From Parcubacteria bacterium OLB19 (GTDB lineage Bacteria; Patescibacteriota; Minisyncoccia; Phycocordibacterales; UBA918): 64,000 nt of DNA. Both the position numbers and the translations under genes were made by a program. The notes beneath the pieces were generated by a model that made no database searches, had not been told where the DNA came from, and worked only from the letters and a program-made list of their open reading frames with translations. Of this stretch, positions 1 through 9,906 are shown piece by piece (position 1 is the stretch's first letter; each line of letters opens with the position of its first letter). The stretch spans positions 39,058-103,057 of the forward strand of contig JZEL01000013.1 in assembly GCA_001567365.1 (NCBI GenBank), in the 5' to 3' direction.

Positions 1-1147
1 GAATTAAAATTACCGCTTTTGTATAAGAAGCAATAGCCTCCACTAAATCATCAATCGCGATATTTTTATCGGCTCCGCCAGCAATCAATACTACGTTCTT
101 TTTGTCACCGTCGCCAACAGCCTTGAGTCCAATCGCTGTTGCTTGTGGTGTAGTAGCGTTGTTGTCATTATAAATTCCCACCCCCTCTTCTGTTACACCC
201 ACATACTCTAAACGACCTTCCACCCCTCTAAAAGTAGCTAGGGCATTAAAAATCTCTTCATCTTCCAAACCAGTTGCTTTAAGAGCGAGGTAGGCTAAAG
301 AAGCATTTAGACGATTATGTTCACCCGGCATAGATAAAAGCATATCCTCCGGCAAGATTGATAAATTTGCCAACAACACCTCTTGGTTGAAGTGATAATT
401 TAATTTTTGGGCTAAAGCAAATACTTCTGGGGTTGTTACAAACACTCCACTGTCTTCTTGATGCAAAAAAATCTGTGCCTTGTCTTTAAAATACAAATCC
501 ATGGCCTCCTCTTTGGTTTTACCACCACGAGTATAATAATTGAGATGGTCTTCCATAAAGTTGGTAAAAACTGCAATCTGCGGTGAAATACCCGCCCAAC
601 CAAAACCTTGTAATTGCCACGAATCAAGCTCCATCACCGCCACAGAATCCTCCTTCACTTCCTTTAAAAGTTGGAGATTAGAAAGACCGCGCACATTACC
701 ACCGAGTAACACACTTTCACCGGTTACTTCCGACAACACATGATGAATCATATGAGTAACCGTACTTTTACCGCGAGTACCAGTCACCCCAATAATTGGC
801 ACATGAGAAATCTCTGCAAATAAAGCAGCAGATTGTTTTAGAGGCACGCCCGCTTCGCGGGCGTGCCTCAAATACTCCGAATCCAAAGGAACCCCAGCCG
901 CCACCAACACCAAATCCACATTTTCAAAATCCTCAAGCTTATGACCACCTAAAGCAAAACGTATATTGGAAAATTCCCGTAAAGATTCTACCGAAGAAGC
1001 TAATTCAGTTTCGGTTTTCAAATCAGTCACAATCACCTCCTGAGCTCCAACTTCAGCTATAAAGCGAGCGTCTCCCACTCCCCGTCCTAAAAGTCCGAGA
1101 CCCATTACTGTGACTCGCTTATCTTTAAAATAATCAGTAAATGTCAT
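1..1147 (-). CDS. murD: UDP-N-acetylmuramoylalanine--D-glutamate ligase (MurD-like Mur ligase); C-terminus cut by window edge
   Basis: Minus-strand translation from the ATG at 1147 gives MTFTDYFKDKRVTVMGLGLLGRGVGDARF (Rossmann N-domain), then a GVTGTRGKSTVTHMIHH P-loop and a DSWQLQG motif typical of Mur ligases. The frame stays open to position 1. It is absent from the ORF track because there is no stop inside the window. Confidence 0.7.
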   Translation of the reverse strand, partial: MTFTDYFKDKRVTVMGLGLLGRGVGDARFIAEVGAQEVIVTDLKTETELASSVESLREFSNIRFALGGHKLEDFENVDLVLVAAGVPLDSEYLRHAREAGVPLKQSAALFAEISHVPIIGVTGTRGKSTVTHMIHHVLSEVTGESVLLGGNVRGLSNLQLLKEVKEDSVAVMELDSWQLQGFGWAGISPQIAVFTNFMEDHLNYYTRGGKTKEEAMDLYFKDKAQIFLHQEDSGVFVTTPEVFALAQKLNYHFNQEVLLANLSILPEDMLLSMPGEHNRLNASLAYLALKATGLEDEEIFNALATFRGVEGRLEYVGVTEEGVGIYNDNNATTPQATAIGLKAVGDGDKKNVVLIAGGADKNIAIDDLVEAIASYTKAVILI

Positions 1148-1211
1148 ATTGACCATATCATACGCAAAAAACGCTCTATTTGCCAATAAAAGACCATGCT
1201 ACACTTTAATT

Positions 1212-1793
1212 ATGAACAAATCTGTAACCAACAAAATAATCCACTTTCTTTCAGTTTTGTTTATCGTTGTAGTTATATTTAGTGCCTCCATTTATCTAAC
1301 AGAATACGTCACCAATGACATTGATGCTCAATTATTCATTCAGCAATTTGGTTATATTGGCGTACTCCTTATCAGTTTCATTACTGGTCTCAGTCTTATC
1401 TCACCAGTTCCGGCTGCTACTTTTACACCAATCTTCACCGCTGGTGGCATACCGCTTTTTGTAACCATTGGACTAGCTGTGGTTGGTACTATGTGTGCAA
1501 ATTTCATTTCATATTACATCGGACGCCTTGGACATGATTTTACCTCTGCTCACTATCCAAAAATTCAGAAAAAAATTATTAATCTGTATACATGTAGAAA
1601 AGAATTGTTACCTTACCTCATATTTGCCTTCACCGCTTTTGTACCAATTCCTGACGAAATTTATCTGATCCCCTTGGGTATTATTGGGGTAAGAATTCGT
1701 GAATTTATCATCCCTCTATTTTTGGGAACTATCTTTTTCCAAACCATGACAGCTCTTGGTTTTCATAACATCTTCCAAATTATCCTAAACTAA
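1212..1793 (+). CDS. DedA/TVP38-family-like integral membrane protein
   Basis: ORF 1149..1793 in the track; probable ATG at 1212 (MNKSVTNK...). It has several predicted TM helices and a G-rich re-entrant-loop-like segment (FITGLSLISPVPAATFTPIFTAGGIPLF) resembling DedA/SNARE-associated proteins. Confidence 0.45.
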   Translation: MNKSVTNKIIHFLSVLFIVVVIFSASIYLTEYVTNDIDAQLFIQQFGYIGVLLISFITGLSLISPVPAATFTPIFTAGGIPLFVTIGLAVVGTMCANFISYYIGRLGHDFTSAHYPKIQKKIINLYTCRKELLPYLIFAFTAFVPIPDEIYLIPLGIIGVRIREFIIPLFLGTIFFQTMTALGFHNIFQIILN

Positions 1794-1841
1794 AGGGGAA
1801 AAGTAACAGCAAAAATATCTTATCTGTTATACTTTTAGTAT

Positions 1842-2030
1842 ATGCAACCAAAAAAATTAGAAAACTATAAAGTTTTTCCTTTCATCGCTTGGACTATTTG
1901 TGTACTTTTTGCTGGTTTCGTTGGCTTACTCTCACTAGAAATGAAACAAGCCATCACTGAATTACAAACCATTAATTTACAAAACGCTGAAAAGATAGAT
2001 TCCATAGAGAAAAAACTCGATCAAAGGTAA
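1842..2030 (+). CDS. small hypothetical membrane protein (62 aa, one TM helix, coiled-coil tail)
   Basis: ORF track; a hydrophobic stretch FPFIAWTICVLFAGFVGLL; followed directly by a hairpin plus T-run terminator. Confidence 0.35.
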   Translation: MQPKKLENYKVFPFIAWTICVLFAGFVGLLSLEMKQAITELQTINLQNAEKIDSIEKKLDQR

Positions 2031-2041
2031 TCTTCAATAAA

Positions 2042-2064
2042 ATCCGCCAATGGCGGATTTTTGC
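2042..2064 (+). terminator. rho-independent terminator
   Basis: atccgcc-aat-ggcggat stem-loop followed by ttttgc. Confidence 0.5.
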
Positions 2065-2087
2065 TAAAAACTTTATAGAATAAGAAT

Positions 2088-2120
2088 CACACTAAAAGCC
2101 CGTGTGTGTGCTCTAGGATT
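2088..2120. repeat. degenerate copy of the tRNA-Ile 3' end plus its 3' trailer (copy 1)
   Basis: cacactaaaagcccgtgtgtgtgctctaggatt closely matches the + strand sequence spanning the tRNA-Ile trailer, acceptor 3' half and T-arm half (2337-2370). Confidence 0.6.
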
Positions 2121-2219
2121 AAATGAATAAAGGAGTGTAACGACTATTATGAATTTATGTCCCAATTTCGCCCTTTCCTAGGCGAAATTGCTGGACGAAA
2201 AAACTACAAATACTTAAAG

Positions 2220-2330
2220 CACACTAAAAGCCCGTGTGTGTGCTCTAGGATTCGCACCACAAGAGTATTTCCGTTTTTATATTCCTTTCAGTCATTAAAA
2301 ACTAGGTCAACCTAGGGCCTTTAAAAAATA
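2220..2330. repeat. degenerate second partial copy of tRNA-Ile (pseudo-tRNA remnant)
   Basis: cacactaaaagcccgtgtgtgtgctctaggattcgcacc at 2220-2258 and ctaggtcaacctagggcc at ~2303-2320 mirror the genuine tRNA segments ctaggattcgaacctagggcc. The anticodon and D arms are absent. Confidence 0.5.
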
Positions 2331-2352
2331 GTAAGCACACTAAAAGCCCGTG

Positions 2353-2426
2353 TGCGCGCTCTAGGATTCGAACCTAGGGCCTTTCGAGTATCAGTCGAAT
2401 GCTCTAGCCAACTGAGCTAAGCGCGC
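2353..2426 (-). tRNA. tRNA-Ile (anticodon GAT)
   Basis: Minus-strand sequence GCGCGCT-TA-GCTC-AGTTGGCTA-GAGC-A-TTCGA-CTGATAC-TCGAA-AGGCC-CTAGG-TTCGAAT-CCTAG-AGCGCGC-A folds as a canonical cloverleaf. The anticodon loop is CTGATAC. It lies downstream of the 16S in the same orientation; no CCA is encoded. Confidence 0.85.
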
Positions 2427-2490
2427 ACACGGGCTTCTAACAAATGTGTCCGCTACTATAGCAGATAATTATAAAAAATGTAAGGGTTAA

Positions 2491-2527
2491 AAAAGATAAA
2501 AGCTCTATAGTAAACTATAGAGCTTTT
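2491..2527 (-). terminator. hairpin terminator (palindromic; T-rich on the minus strand)
   Basis: aagctctatag-taaa-ctatagagctt stem with flanking A/T runs, immediately downstream of the minus gene 2550..2762. Confidence 0.45.
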
Positions 2528-2549
2528 TGCTCTTAGGTTGGATGTGTTT

Positions 2550-2762
2550 CTATAAAAAGTACATCCAACCGAACAATCCTCCAAAAAATGTTAAAGCTAA
2601 CAACACGGCCCAGCCAATTATTTGCAACCGACCGACCTCACCATTTTTAATTTCATCAAAACCTTCCCTGAAAAAATCAAAAACAGATCCTGTGTTTATT
2701 TCAAACATTTTTTCATCTCCTGCTTGTGTCAATAATGATTCGGCATTTTTTAATTTTTTCAT
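2550..2762 (-). CDS. small tail-anchored membrane protein (70 aa), hypothetical
   Basis: ORF track; a soluble N-terminus and a C-terminal TM helix IIGWAVLLALTFFGGLFGWMYFL. The overlapping + strand ORF 2527..2790 is low-complexity and judged spurious. Confidence 0.4.
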   Translation of the reverse strand: MKKLKNAESLLTQAGDEKMFEINTGSVFDFFREGFDEIKNGEVGRLQIIGWAVLLALTFFGGLFGWMYFL

Positions 2763-2874
2763 TTCTTACCCCTTAAAATTGAAAACCTAACTTCTCCTAT
2801 GATAACACACCATATACTTTTGTCAAGTGTTTGTTTTCCCCGACAAACTCTTGGGAGTGAGATATAATGCAGGT

Positions 2875-3285
2875 ATGAAATTTTTAACCTTATTTGCCCT
2901 TATTGCCCTTCTACCCACCACCGCCTCGGCTCAAAGCCTTCAAACACTCATCCCTGGAATTATTGGTTTTATTGATACAGTTCTCATTCCTTTTCTCCTT
3001 GGTCTTACTTTCTTAATTTTTGTTTATAGTGCCGTTAAATATTTTGTTATTGAGGGTGATAACGAAAAAGGTCAGGAAAAAGCTAAAAGTCTAGCTCTTT
3101 ATGGCGTCCTTGCTTTTGTCTTCGTTATCATCTTTTTTGGCCTTGTAAAAATAGTAACCTTAACCACCGGCCTTGAAAGCACAAAACCAGTCTGTCCAGA
3201 TTATTTAAAAGAAAAAGGTGAATGCAAAAGTCCTCCACCAATTCCTGGCAAAAAACCACCAGTTCCAGATGGATTTGTAAATTAA
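2875..3285 (+). CDS. small secreted membrane protein (signal peptide plus two TM helices; VirB2/TrbC-pilin-like topology), hypothetical
   Basis: ORF 2827..3285; likely start MKFLTLFALIALLPTTASA at 2875 (signal peptide), two hydrophobic helices and a Pro/Lys-rich C-tail; a strong terminator follows. Confidence 0.45.
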   Translation: MKFLTLFALIALLPTTASAQSLQTLIPGIIGFIDTVLIPFLLGLTFLIFVYSAVKYFVIEGDNEKGQEKAKSLALYGVLAFVFVIIFFGLVKIVTLTTGLESTKPVCPDYLKEKGECKSPPPIPGKKPPVPDGFVN

Positions 3286-3287
3286 AA

Positions 3288-3325
3288 TAAACCCCTGCTT
3301 TAAAGCAGGGGTTTATTTTAATTTC
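3288..3325 (+). terminator. rho-independent terminator
   Basis: aaacccctgctt-taa-agcaggggttt followed by attttaattt. Confidence 0.6.
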
Positions 3326-3481
3326 ATATGCATAATTTTTGCAAAAGGGATTTCTCTCTTTTGTCTTATCCTTTGGTCCGGTCTTTCCCTGGAGTCCGAT
3401 ACCATTTCAGAGAATTGAGTATCATCTCTCGTTATATGCTCAATTGAGGCATATAACATCGACCAATTAGCCATCGACCAT

Positions 3482-4968
<1,487 letters not shown>

Positions 4969-5371
4969 GAAGACAGGGCACTATAGACCGAAGTCTATGT
5001 GCATCTGCGTTTGTGAGCATAAATGCGGTACTGTACTAATTCCCGCGCTCAACAAACTATTTACCTAAAGGATAAGACAAAAGAAAGGATAAATAATTAT
5101 CAAAACTTTTGCCTAAAAATTGTGCTGTGATGCATACCATTTCAAGTAGTTTTAAAAAACTACAAAAAACAATATACGTACCATATCTAATGTTGGGCAT
5201 TAGATATGTTGTATGAAATTTTCAAATTACAATGCTCCTTTTTGAAGATAGTGAGAAAGACAAGGACGAGCCTTAATCTCCTCTTTTTGTTACCTCCAAC
5301 GAACAGTGCTGAGCATTATACAGATGTAAAGAAAATATGCAAGTACCTATAGTTGAAAATAAAAATACCGC

Positions 5372-5420
5372 CACAAAAATGACGGTACTGGGTGCGGTAC
5401 GGCTAAAGCCGTACCGCACC
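5372..5420 (-). terminator. hairpin terminator for the L,D-transpeptidase gene
   Basis: ggtgcggtacggc-taaa-gccgtaccgcacc, a 13-bp GC-rich stem, then a T-run on the minus strand (complement of aaaaat at 5375-5380). Confidence 0.55.
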
Positions 5421-5444
5421 CTACCCCTTTTAAAGAAACCAAAG

Positions 5445-6179
5445 CTAGCGGTAAGCAATGATTTCTATTCCTTCCCTCTCAGCCCCAGGACCAAGTAGCT
5501 TTTCCAAATTGATAATAGCCTCATTCAAGAGCCTAGTACAACCAAAGGTTTCTTTGTCCCAAAAACTACCCCTCGGATAACCTCCGGTGCCATGCAGTCT
5601 TACCAATTCCCAATTAGGTGTGTCCCATTTTATTTCAAATTTGATTGCACCCATGGCGTTGTCCTTATGACCAGGCGGCAAACAACCCGCAGGCAAATGC
5701 TTATAAACCGTGCGGATATTTGGTGTAGGACACCAAGTTGGATTCTTATCAATCTTGGTAACAACCCCTCTCACCACATCCTTCGGTAATTTATCCGCCG
5801 AAGGCGTGACCACCGCATAGCCAACAAGTGGTTCATAAGAACCTGCATCGTTGAACTTGAAAGCCTCCAAAGTTTTCTCACGGTAATTTATATAAATTAC
5901 ACTTCGATATTTGGAAACGATATCAGGTTTACTTTCAGGCATATACACACCACCCTCAATATTCTGACTACCGTCAGGGCGCACATACACCGTAAATCGG
6001 CCGTATTTATAGGTCTTAACCTTAAGTTCACGTTCAATTCCTTCACCTGCAAAAACAATGAATTTTTCGATTTCAGATTTAGGCTTATAGGGCCTAAATC
6101 TTTTTTCTGGAACTGTCTCACAACCAACAAGTAGAAGGAGACAAGAAAATAAAAGAACGAACTGAGTAAATTTACCCAT
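5445..6179 (-). CDS. lipoprotein with YkuD-type L,D-transpeptidase catalytic domain
   Basis: Signal peptide with lipobox LLLVGC; C-terminal VRLHGTGGYPRGSFWDKETFGCTRL matches the YkuD catalytic motif HGT...S.GC.R. Confidence 0.65.
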   Translation of the reverse strand: MGKFTQFVLLFSCLLLLVGCETVPEKRFRPYKPKSEIEKFIVFAGEGIERELKVKTYKYGRFTVYVRPDGSQNIEGGVYMPESKPDIVSKYRSVIYINYREKTLEAFKFNDAGSYEPLVGYAVVTPSADKLPKDVVRGVVTKIDKNPTWCPTPNIRTVYKHLPAGCLPPGHKDNAMGAIKFEIKWDTPNWELVRLHGTGGYPRGSFWDKETFGCTRLLNEAIINLEKLLGPGAEREGIEIIAYR

Positions 6180-6333
6180 TTTTAATTCTCCGATGAAAAT
6201 TTAACTATTGAAATTATACCATATATTTATATAAAAAGCAAAAAACCCAGCCTAAGGCGGGTTTTGGTTTTATATTTCCAATGAAATATAAATAATAATT
6301 CTAAGAGATGACATGATTTTAAAACTGGTCTTT

Positions 6334-6378
6334 ACAGGACTTCAGATAAGGCCACAGGCGTAGAGCTGAAGTGAATAA
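6334..6378. repeat. 45-bp direct repeat, copy 1 (internal 7-bp inverted repeat acttcag/ctgaagt)
   Basis: acaggacttcagataaggccacaggcgtagagctgaagtgaataa, identical to 6493-6537. Confidence 0.8.
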
Positions 6379-6492
6379 GGACGGATTTTAAAATAGAGAA
6401 AGGTCAATTATTGCTGGTACGAGGAATCAACCAAGGTACGGACAAAATTGACGATCACATGCAATCTCAAACGAATTTATAATTAGTAAATT

Positions 6493-6537
6493 ACAGGACT
6501 TCAGATAAGGCCACAGGCGTAGAGCTGAAGTGAATAA
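6493..6537. repeat. 45-bp direct repeat, copy 2
   Basis: Exact duplicate of 6334-6378, 159 bp downstream, in the promoter/5' region of the minus gene 5445..6179. Confidence 0.8.
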
Positions 6538-6643
6538 AATCTAATTATTTATGTACAAATAACAAATATTTTTTGAAAAATTTTAAGAATCTTTAATAAG
6601 GATTCAACAACATGTAATCCGTAGATCACATGTTGTTGTTCCG

Positions 6644-7990
6644 TCAGGCTGCTATTTTTTTAACAATACCTACTATCCGTTTATCCCTGTATGCCTTTCT
6701 TATGAAGTTAACAAAGTTAGCGATAGAGCTAATGTCCATCTCAGCCACCAATGCCTCTTTTGAGCGTTTTACACCATAAACATGGAACCGTTCTGGTGAA
6801 ACACGATAAAAGTTTATAGTGTGGTCTTGCTCTCCAAAATTAACAACAACGGTCAATTTTCCATTGACAGGAATCTGCATAGTCCTTTCTGGATATAGCT
6901 TCTCTTCTTCATACACAGTTAACCCCTTCACATCATCAGGACTAACTGCATTTAAATCATTAACCTCTTGGATAAGCAGACCCACTTTCACGCCAATACC
7001 TCTTACTTCTTTAGCATCAGCACTGGCAGAACCAGCCTTCGCATTTGCCTCGTTAGCAATTTTTCTGGTACTACGATTTGCAAACCAGAAATACAAGGAC
7101 AGCAAAACAATAACAACTGATAATGAAATCACAATAATCACAATAATCATCTGATTATGTTCAACCGCATCAGCCATTACCTCAATGTCTGCATAAATCT
7201 CAGACCTTGTAGCATCATTTTGTTTTTTCAACTCCGCTAAAGCTTCAGCAATTTCTTTCATAGAAGCAGAGATTGTCGCTTGGTTTTGCGCTAAAGCTTG
7301 TTGGTCTTTACCTAAACCACCCACACTTCCAGACAATTCGTTTAGTTGTTTTTCTAAAACACCTAAACGCTTGTTGGCTTCCGCATTACCACCAGCTAAA
7401 ACTTTTTTCATTTCAGCAACTTGTTTTTGCAAATGACTGATTTGAACTTCAGCTTCCGAAGGTTTTGTAGCCTCTGGTTTTACCTCTGGCCGCACTGTAA
7501 CGATAGCAGGAGGAGCATCAGTTTTCACCAGCTCTGGGGCTTGTGCAACTTTTACCTTACCACTATCAGGCAATTGGTGAATTGGAAAAAAAATACCAAC
7601 ATCAGACTCTTTTGAAGCCACGAGTTTCTTCAGTTCAACAAAAGGAACACGGTCTTTCAATCCGTTGAAATCTCGAAAAAAAGCAGCGTATGCCTGAGGA
7701 TTATTTAAAATCTCTGGGTTTACAGCTTTTTTCAGAGCTTCAGCTAAATCTACCTCTCCATGCTTCTCTGGTTTTAGAATAAAATTCCTCGATGCTTCGG
7801 CGAGAAAATCAACTGATACACCTTCAGAATTTGCATGACCTTCCTTTATGGCAAAGCTTTGAAATTCATTAAAAGTTTTGTCATTTTTCAGAATACCAAA
7901 GACTCTGAATTCCTTCAATGAAGCTATGGCTGGGTTGATTAACAAAAAAACAACCGTAACAGCAACAAAAAACCGAAATATAATTTTCAT
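6644..7990 (-). CDS. hypothetical secreted/membrane protein (signal peptide, coiled-coil region, one internal TM helix, C-terminal globular domain)
   Basis: ORF track; N-terminal MKIIFRFFVAVTVVFLLINPAIA; a coiled-coil-like stretch QKQVAEMKKVLAGGNAEANKRLGVLEKQLNEL; a TM helix IIVIIVISLSVVIVLLSLYFWF. Confidence 0.45.
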   Translation of the reverse strand: MKIIFRFFVAVTVVFLLINPAIASLKEFRVFGILKNDKTFNEFQSFAIKEGHANSEGVSVDFLAEASRNFILKPEKHGEVDLAEALKKAVNPEILNNPQAYAAFFRDFNGLKDRVPFVELKKLVASKESDVGIFFPIHQLPDSGKVKVAQAPELVKTDAPPAIVTVRPEVKPEATKPSEAEVQISHLQKQVAEMKKVLAGGNAEANKRLGVLEKQLNELSGSVGGLGKDQQALAQNQATISASMKEIAEALAELKKQNDATRSEIYADIEVMADAVEHNQMIIVIIVISLSVVIVLLSLYFWFANRSTRKIANEANAKAGSASADAKEVRGIGVKVGLLIQEVNDLNAVSPDDVKGLTVYEEEKLYPERTMQIPVNGKLTVVVNFGEQDHTINFYRVSPERFHVYGVKRSKEALVAEMDISSIANFVNFIRKAYRDKRIVGIVKKIAA

Positions 7991-8091
7991 TTCTAACTCC
8001 TTTCAAAAATTTTTTCAAAAAACTGTTTACGGAAAAATCCGTATTCGTTTTCAATCCTACCATACTTTTTACAAAAAAGCAAATATGTGTG

Positions 8092-8140
8092 ATGAGTTAA
8101 AAAATAGGGGTTGCGATATTGAATCACAACCCCTTTTTTA
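8092..8140. terminator. bidirectional hairpin terminator
   Basis: ggggttgcgatattgaatcacaacccc stem with A-run 5' and T-run 3'. Confidence 0.55.
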
Positions 8141-8154
8141 ATTACTCCTTAATT

Positions 8155-8619
8155 TTAATGATGTCCACCTCCAGCAAACCCAGCTTCTAGATCAGCATTA
8201 AGGCTTCCGCTTGCAGTCGCACCAGCCTCAGAAATTGCTGTGGGGTTATTTATGATGGTCGGAGAACTACCACCTCCACCACAACGTCCTCCTCGACATC
8301 CCATACCACCAGTACCGGCAAATATTGCCGCACCAGCCGCGCCAGATGTAGCTCCAACTAACAGATTACCCACAAATGGCGTTTTGGACTTAACTTGGTA
8401 GTCATGTACCATTTTCCCCGTAGGTTGACCATTTTCATCAAACTCATACATACGAGACACATATGCACCATGCGTCCAGTCAAACCCGTCGGAAGTTTTG
8501 CCAGAATATACACTCATAAGAGTATTTCCGTTTTCATCCTTGATATGAGTTGTACTGCACCCAGCAATGAGAACAAACACTATAAGTATCAGTAATCTCA
8601 ATTTAAACTTAATCATTTT
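8155..8619 (-). CDS. lipoprotein with Gly/Cys-rich C-terminal tail, hypothetical
   Basis: ATG at 8619 is preceded by aaaggaggagaaa (Shine-Dalgarno). Signal peptide plus lipobox LIAGCS; tail GGMGCRGGRCGGGGSS...GGGHH. The track ORF 8155..8682 extends upstream of this start. Confidence 0.5.
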   Translation of the reverse strand, partial: KMIKFKLRLLILIVFVLIAGCSTTHIKDENGNTLMSVYSGKTSDGFDWTHGAYVSRMYEFDENGQPTGKMVHDYQVKSKTPFVGNLLVGATSGAAGAAIFAGTGGMGCRGGRCGGGGSSPTIINNPTAISEAGATASGSLNADLEAGFAGGGHH

Positions 8620-8947
8620 CTCCTCCTTTCTTTTTTTTACACACAAGTCTTCCCGACGTACCGTCGAAAGTCTCTGAATCAATCACTCCACCTCCAATTG
8701 GAAACATAACTCCTACACAAGTAGGAACCAAAAACGGAAAACCTGGTAAGCGTTCATTTCTAATTGATGGACTGGGTGCTTTTTTTTCAAAAACAAGAAC
8801 ACAGGGTTCCTCTTCAACTACTGGAGGTGGGGCTTCTATAACCACAGGCTCCAACTTAGTAGGAGCACGTTCTCCTTTTCCATCAGCAAAAACAGTACTT
8901 GTATAACAAACAGAAAAAAGTAGCAAAACAATAATGGTTTTGTACAT
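8609..8947 (-). CDS. small secreted protein, hypothetical
   Basis: Signal peptide MYKTIIVLLLFSVCYTSTVFA; Pro/Glu-rich mature region; overlaps the next gene start by ~11 nt. Confidence 0.4.
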   Translation of the reverse strand: MYKTIIVLLLFSVCYTSTVFADGKGERAPTKLEPVVIEAPPPVVEEEPCVLVFEKKAPSPSIRNERLPGFPFLVPTCVGVMFPIGGGVIDSETFDGTSGRLVCKKKKGGEND

Positions 8948-9069
8948 AATTTCACCTCTTTATAAAAAACATTCTATAGGAACTTTATAACCACTCTACA
9001 ACCATAAAGATTATAGTTATAACAGCTGGTCAGCAGTCTACCACAGTTTTACAAAAAAAGCAAGAGTGA

Positions 9070-9103
9070 TACAAAAAACACTGGTCGCCAAAGCAACCAG
9101 TGT
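9070..9103 (-). terminator. hairpin terminator for 9124..9600
   Basis: acactggtcgccaaagcaaccagtgt stem; a T-run on the minus strand (complement of aaaaaa at 9072-9077). Confidence 0.5.
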
Positions 9104-9123
9104 TAGTTTATTTCATTCAATCT

Positions 9124-9600
9124 TTAATCATGATTATCATCGTGATCGTGATGATCATAAACCTTGTCTATAGCACCAAGATTTTGGGACGTCATATCGA
9201 TGCCTGTACCAGCAAAAGTATGAGCACTGTCCTTACCGGACGCTAATGAGTAAGCTCCAGAATCTTGTACCTGGTCCATTTTAGTGTGCAATTTCGCCCT
9301 ATTATCAGCACAATTAGAGTCACAATTTCCACCTGGGCCAAACTTTGTGATATTTATTTCTGACTGAGCGCTACCGTCGGTAGTACCAGTTGAATAACTG
9401 TCTGTTGTAGTTTCATCACCTTCAGCTACAGCATCACCAAAACCGTTGGTTTGTCCGGACAATTTGTGCCTAACATCAAATCCGGAAAAGCTATGATTCG
9501 GAAACCTGAACGATGTTCCCGGCATGATATTGTCAGCAAAAGATGGGACTGAAAAATACAATAAAAAAACAGAAACTAAAGAAAGAAATGTTTTTTTCAT
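9124..9600 (-). CDS. secreted protein with His/Asp-rich C-terminus (possible metal-binding tail), hypothetical
   Basis: Signal peptide MKKTFLSLVSVFLLYFSVPSFA; Gly/Ser/Thr/Asp-rich body; C-terminal YDHHDHDDNHD. Confidence 0.45.
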   Translation of the reverse strand: MKKTFLSLVSVFLLYFSVPSFADNIMPGTSFRFPNHSFSGFDVRHKLSGQTNGFGDAVAEGDETTTDSYSTGTTDGSAQSEINITKFGPGGNCDSNCADNRAKLHTKMDQVQDSGAYSLASGKDSAHTFAGTGIDMTSQNLGAIDKVYDHHDHDDNHD

Positions 9601-9800
9601 CTCAATACTCCTTTTTGAAAAGAGAAAAAATTGTTTAAAAAGTACAAAATAATACTATAAATAGTTGAAGCAAAGCATCAACCGGAAATTGTCCCGCCGA
9701 AGCGGAAACCGGTACAACACTTTTTTATTACCGCTCCAACAGAACTGTGAATAATATACATGGATTTAGATTTTTGTCAAGGAAATAGATTTGAGGGTTT

Positions 9801-9863
9801 GGCAATAGCGGTGGGCGGAAATTAAAACCTTGAAGGCTTTAATTTCCGCCCACCGCTATTGCC
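9801..9863. repeat. 26-bp perfect inverted repeat (ggcaatagcggtgggcggaaattaaa / tttaatttccgcccaccgctattgcc) with an 11-nt spacer
   Basis: Read directly from the sequence. It lies between divergently oriented genes (9124..9600 minus, 9907.. plus) and shares the GGGCGGAAA core with 17122-17183 and 62178-62208. Confidence 0.85.
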
Positions 9864-9906
9864 ACTCTCAGTTTTGCACTCAACACAAGTTGAAACTCGG
9901 CTGAAA

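Noticed and set aside
2827-2874. Upstream extension of the small secreted protein ORF (track start 2827, MFVFPDKLLGVRYNAG)
   Set aside because: The N-extension precedes a canonical signal peptide beginning at the MKFLTL start (2875); the longer form would bury the signal peptide.
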